A DNA stretch of 64,000 nt from an uncultured Planctomycetales bacterium (GTDB lineage: Bacteria; Omnitrophota; Gorgyraeia; Gygaellales; Profunditerraquicolaceae): the NCBI GenBank assembly GCA_964542785.1, contig CAZIUK010000003.1, forward strand, positions 12,946 through 76,945, in the 5' to 3' direction. Positions within the stretch are counted from its first letter, which is position 1. Each line of letters begins with the position of its first letter. The translations under genes and the position numbers were made by a program. This document shows, one piece after another, positions 61,602-64,000 of this stretch. The notes beneath the pieces were generated by a model. The model was not told the DNA's origin, searched no databases, and saw nothing but the letters and a program-made list of their open reading frames with translations.

Positions 61602-63227
61602 ATGTCTAATAAATTATTAGGAGAGATGTTGTTGAGGAAGAAGTTTATCAGCGAGGAACAACTTTCTCAGGCATTAATGGCTTGTTCTCAGAATGAATCT
61701 ATGTTGGGGGCATACTTAGTGGAGAAAGGTCTTATCAGGGAAGAGGAGCTTTTAAGTGTCTTGTCCGAACAGTTTAATATTCCTTTTCTTTCTAATTTAA
61801 GAGAGGTTAAGGTTTCTACTGAAGCGATAAAAGCTATCCCGGCAAAATTAGTACAACACCACGGGTTTATCCCCATAAGTTTAGATGGCCAAGTTTTAAC
61901 GGTTGTGGTTTTTAATCCCATGGATTTATGGCTTGCGGAAAATATTAAACTTAATTTAGGCTTTCAAATTAAGAGGGTACTCTCTACGCGAAATGAAGTA
62001 GAGAAGGCAATACACAAGTATTATGGTGCTGTTGCCGGTACTGTGGATAAAATCATGGAAGGAAGATTTAGGCCCGGGATAAAGATTGAAAAAAGAGAGA
62101 CCATAGAGGATATTGAAAAAAACTCCGATGAGGCCTCAGTGATAAAGCTGGTGAATCAGATTATTTCAGAGGCAATAAAAATAAACGCGACTGATATTCA
62201 CATTGAGATTTATGAGAAGAAGATAGAGTTGCGTTACCGCATTGATGGAGTTTTACGTGAAATGAAGTTGCCCCAGGATGCTTATTATATCGGCCCGGCA
62301 ATTGTATCCAGGGTTAAAATTATGTGCCGTTTGGATGTTGTAGAACACCGCTTGCCTCAGGATGGCAGGGCAAGGGTGCGTTTAATTAGCGGGCAAGAGG
62401 TAGATTTAAGGGTTTCGGTTTTACCCAGTTATTTTGGAGAGAATGTTGTTATTCGCATACTTCCTTCGGGAGTTTTGCTTTGTTTGGATAAGATAGGTTT
62501 TTTCCCCGAAGATCTAAAGAAGATAAAAATGCTTTTGCAAAAACCGCACGGGATAATCCTTATTACAGGGCCTACCGGAAGCGGCAAGACTACCACGCTC
62601 TATGCTTCTTTAAGCCAATTAAACCGTAAAGAGGTAAAGATAATCAGTATAGAAGATCCGGTTGAATATGCAGTAGAGGGAATTACCCAAATCCATATTA
62701 ATCCTAAAATCGGGCTTACTTTTGCCAGCGCATTACGCAGTGTATTAAGGCATGATCCGGATGTTATGATGATAGGGGAGATCCGAGATCCTGAGACTGC
62801 GGATTTAGCGATACGTTCTGCATTAACCGGCCATTTGGTATTCTCTACGCTTCATACCAATGATTCAGCATCTGGGGTTGCCCGTCTTATAGATATGGGG
62901 ATCGAGCCGTATCTTTTAGCTTCCTCAATTGAGGTAATTATAGCGCAGAGGTTAGTGCGCTTGCTCTGTACTGCTTGTTCAGGAAAAGGTTGCGAGGCTT
63001 GCAGTGAAACAGGGTTTAAGGGGAGAAGGCCGGTTTATGAGATTATGATTATAGATGATGAAATTCGTAATATGATTATATCTCGTAAAAGTTCGCAAGA
63101 AATAAAGGCTAAGGCGCGGCAGAACGGGATGCTTACCCTTATGGATAACGGCATGCTTTTAGTTGAACAAGGTTTAACTAGTAAGGAAGAGATTTTACGC
63201 GTTGTGGAGTTAGAGCAGGAAGGTTAA
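61602..63227 (+). CDS. GspE/PilB/MshE-type secretion/pilus assembly ATPase with an N-terminal MshEN (c-di-GMP-binding) domain
   Basis: Two MshEN 24-residue motifs (LLGEMLLRKKFISEEQLSQAL and MLGAYLVEKGLIREEELLSVLSEQ); Walker A ILITGPTGSGKTTTL; tetracysteine CTACSGKGCEACSETG. Confidence 0.9.
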   Translation: MSNKLLGEMLLRKKFISEEQLSQALMACSQNESMLGAYLVEKGLIREEELLSVLSEQFNIPFLSNLREVKVSTEAIKAIPAKLVQHHGFIPISLDGQVLTVVVFNPMDLWLAENIKLNLGFQIKRVLSTRNEVEKAIHKYYGAVAGTVDKIMEGRFRPGIKIEKRETIEDIEKNSDEASVIKLVNQIISEAIKINATDIHIEIYEKKIELRYRIDGVLREMKLPQDAYYIGPAIVSRVKIMCRLDVVEHRLPQDGRARVRLISGQEVDLRVSVLPSYFGENVVIRILPSGVLLCLDKIGFFPEDLKKIKMLLQKPHGIILITGPTGSGKTTTLYASLSQLNRKEVKIISIEDPVEYAVEGITQIHINPKIGLTFASALRSVLRHDPDVMMIGEIRDPETADLAIRSALTGHLVFSTLHTNDSASGVARLIDMGIEPYLLASSIEVIIAQRLVRLLCTACSGKGCEACSETGFKGRRPVYEIMIIDDEIRNMIISRKSSQEIKAKARQNGMLTLMDNGMLLVEQGLTSKEEILRVVELEQEG

Positions 63228-64000
63228 ATGATATTTAGATATAAAGCTAAAAAAAATCTTAACGAGGCAGTAGAAGGAGAAATCAAGAGTGAAAGTTTAG
63301 AAAAAGCCCTAGCTAGCCTTCAGTCTGAAGGTTTGGTCCCAGTTTATATTGAACCTGTTAGCCAGGATATTCCTATTGAGCAGTTAGAGGTTAACCCTAA
63401 GAAAAATTTTGGCAAGTGGCAACAGAAGCAGTTAATTTTATTTACACAGAAGCTTTATAATTTAGTTAATTCTAATGTAGAATTGTTAAGGGCATTAATG
63501 CTTTTAGAGGAGGATTGCCGCAATCTTACGGAAAAGGTATTAATTGGAGAAATTATAAGGAGTATTAAAGATGGGGCTACTTTCTCTGCTTCTTTAAGCT
63601 TGTACCCGCAATATTTCCCTGCTATTTATGTTAATATGCTGCGCGCAGGAGAATCAACCGGGAGGATTAAGGATGCACTTTTTCAGGTCTTAGGCTACCT
63701 CTGTAGGGTTGAAGACTTAAAAAGTAAGGTTAAGCAGGCTTTGGCTTATCCGCTATTTATGGTGATAGTAGGGACGGGGACTATATTTTTAATGCTTACC
63801 TTTGTTTTACCCCGTATTGCCGGGATGTTTGAAGATTTTCAGGCAGAACTTCCTTTCCCTACGCGCGTACTCTTATCTACCTCTGAATTTATTAAAACCC
63901 ACTGGTTTTTTTTGTTACTTTTTGCTTTTCTTTTAGTTTTTATTATCGGGAAAAAAGGCAAAAAAGGAATTTTTGCCAGTATTAAATACCGCCTCCCCAT
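63228..64000 (+). CDS. GspF/PilC-type inner-membrane platform protein (3' partial at the window end)
   Basis: N-terminus MIFRYKAKKNLNEAVEGEIKSESLEKALASLQSEGLVPVYIEP typical of GspF/PilC; runs off the window. Confidence 0.75.
   Translation, partial: MIFRYKAKKNLNEAVEGEIKSESLEKALASLQSEGLVPVYIEPVSQDIPIEQLEVNPKKNFGKWQQKQLILFTQKLYNLVNSNVELLRALMLLEEDCRNLTEKVLIGEIIRSIKDGATFSASLSLYPQYFPAIYVNMLRAGESTGRIKDALFQVLGYLCRVEDLKSKVKQALAYPLFMVIVGTGTIFLMLTFVLPRIAGMFEDFQAELPFPTRVLLSTSEFIKTHWFFLLLFAFLLVFIIGKKGKKGIFASIKYRLP

Overview
Low-GC (about 38%) bacterial chromosome segment, probably from an uncultivated lineage; taxonomy cannot be resolved from sequence alone. All credible genes lie on the + strand across the full 64 kb. 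Content in order: (i) a 5'-partial 1138-aa multidomain protein fusing an archaemetzincin-like zinc peptidase to a Pol-beta-type nucleotidyltransferase, followed by two PilZ-domain proteins; (ii) a carbohydrate-uptake cluster (ABC binding protein, two permeases, a GPH/MFS symporter, two GH-A-type hydrolase paralogs, a tandem-domain secreted binding protein, ROK and LacI regulators); (iii) a class II ribonucleotide reductase interrupted by a 429-aa LAGLIDADG intein, preceded by two NrdR-box-like palindromes 32 bp apart; (iv) housekeeping genes (apgM-type phosphoglycerate mutase, mnmG, nadE, an AsnC regulator, an aminotransferase); (v) a secretin module (ExeA/MshM-like ATPase, a GspB/PilP-like protein, two tandem secretins, the second with a C-terminal TPR extension) next to a NarX/NarL-type two-component pair; (vi) a surface-protein island (a DUF2341-like protein, an FGE-sulfatase-domain protein, a 961-aa protein, and a 3115-aa Ig-like giant protein carrying a near-perfect 1929-bp internal tandem duplication); (vii) a degraded REP-associated tyrosine transposase (RAYT) flanked by inverted halves of a dispersed palindromic repeat family, GGGGACAGCGAC / GTCGCTGTCCCC, which I see at eight loci, some overlapping coding sequence; (viii) a REC-GGDEF diguanylate cyclase overlapping the start of a non-canonical F-type ATP synthase cluster (truncated epsilon, c, b-delta fusion, alpha, gamma, beta; no a subunit); followed directly by a GspE/MshE-type ATPase with MshEN c-di-GMP-binding motifs and a GspF/PilC platform protein (3' partial). 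I found no tRNA, rRNA or CRISPR.
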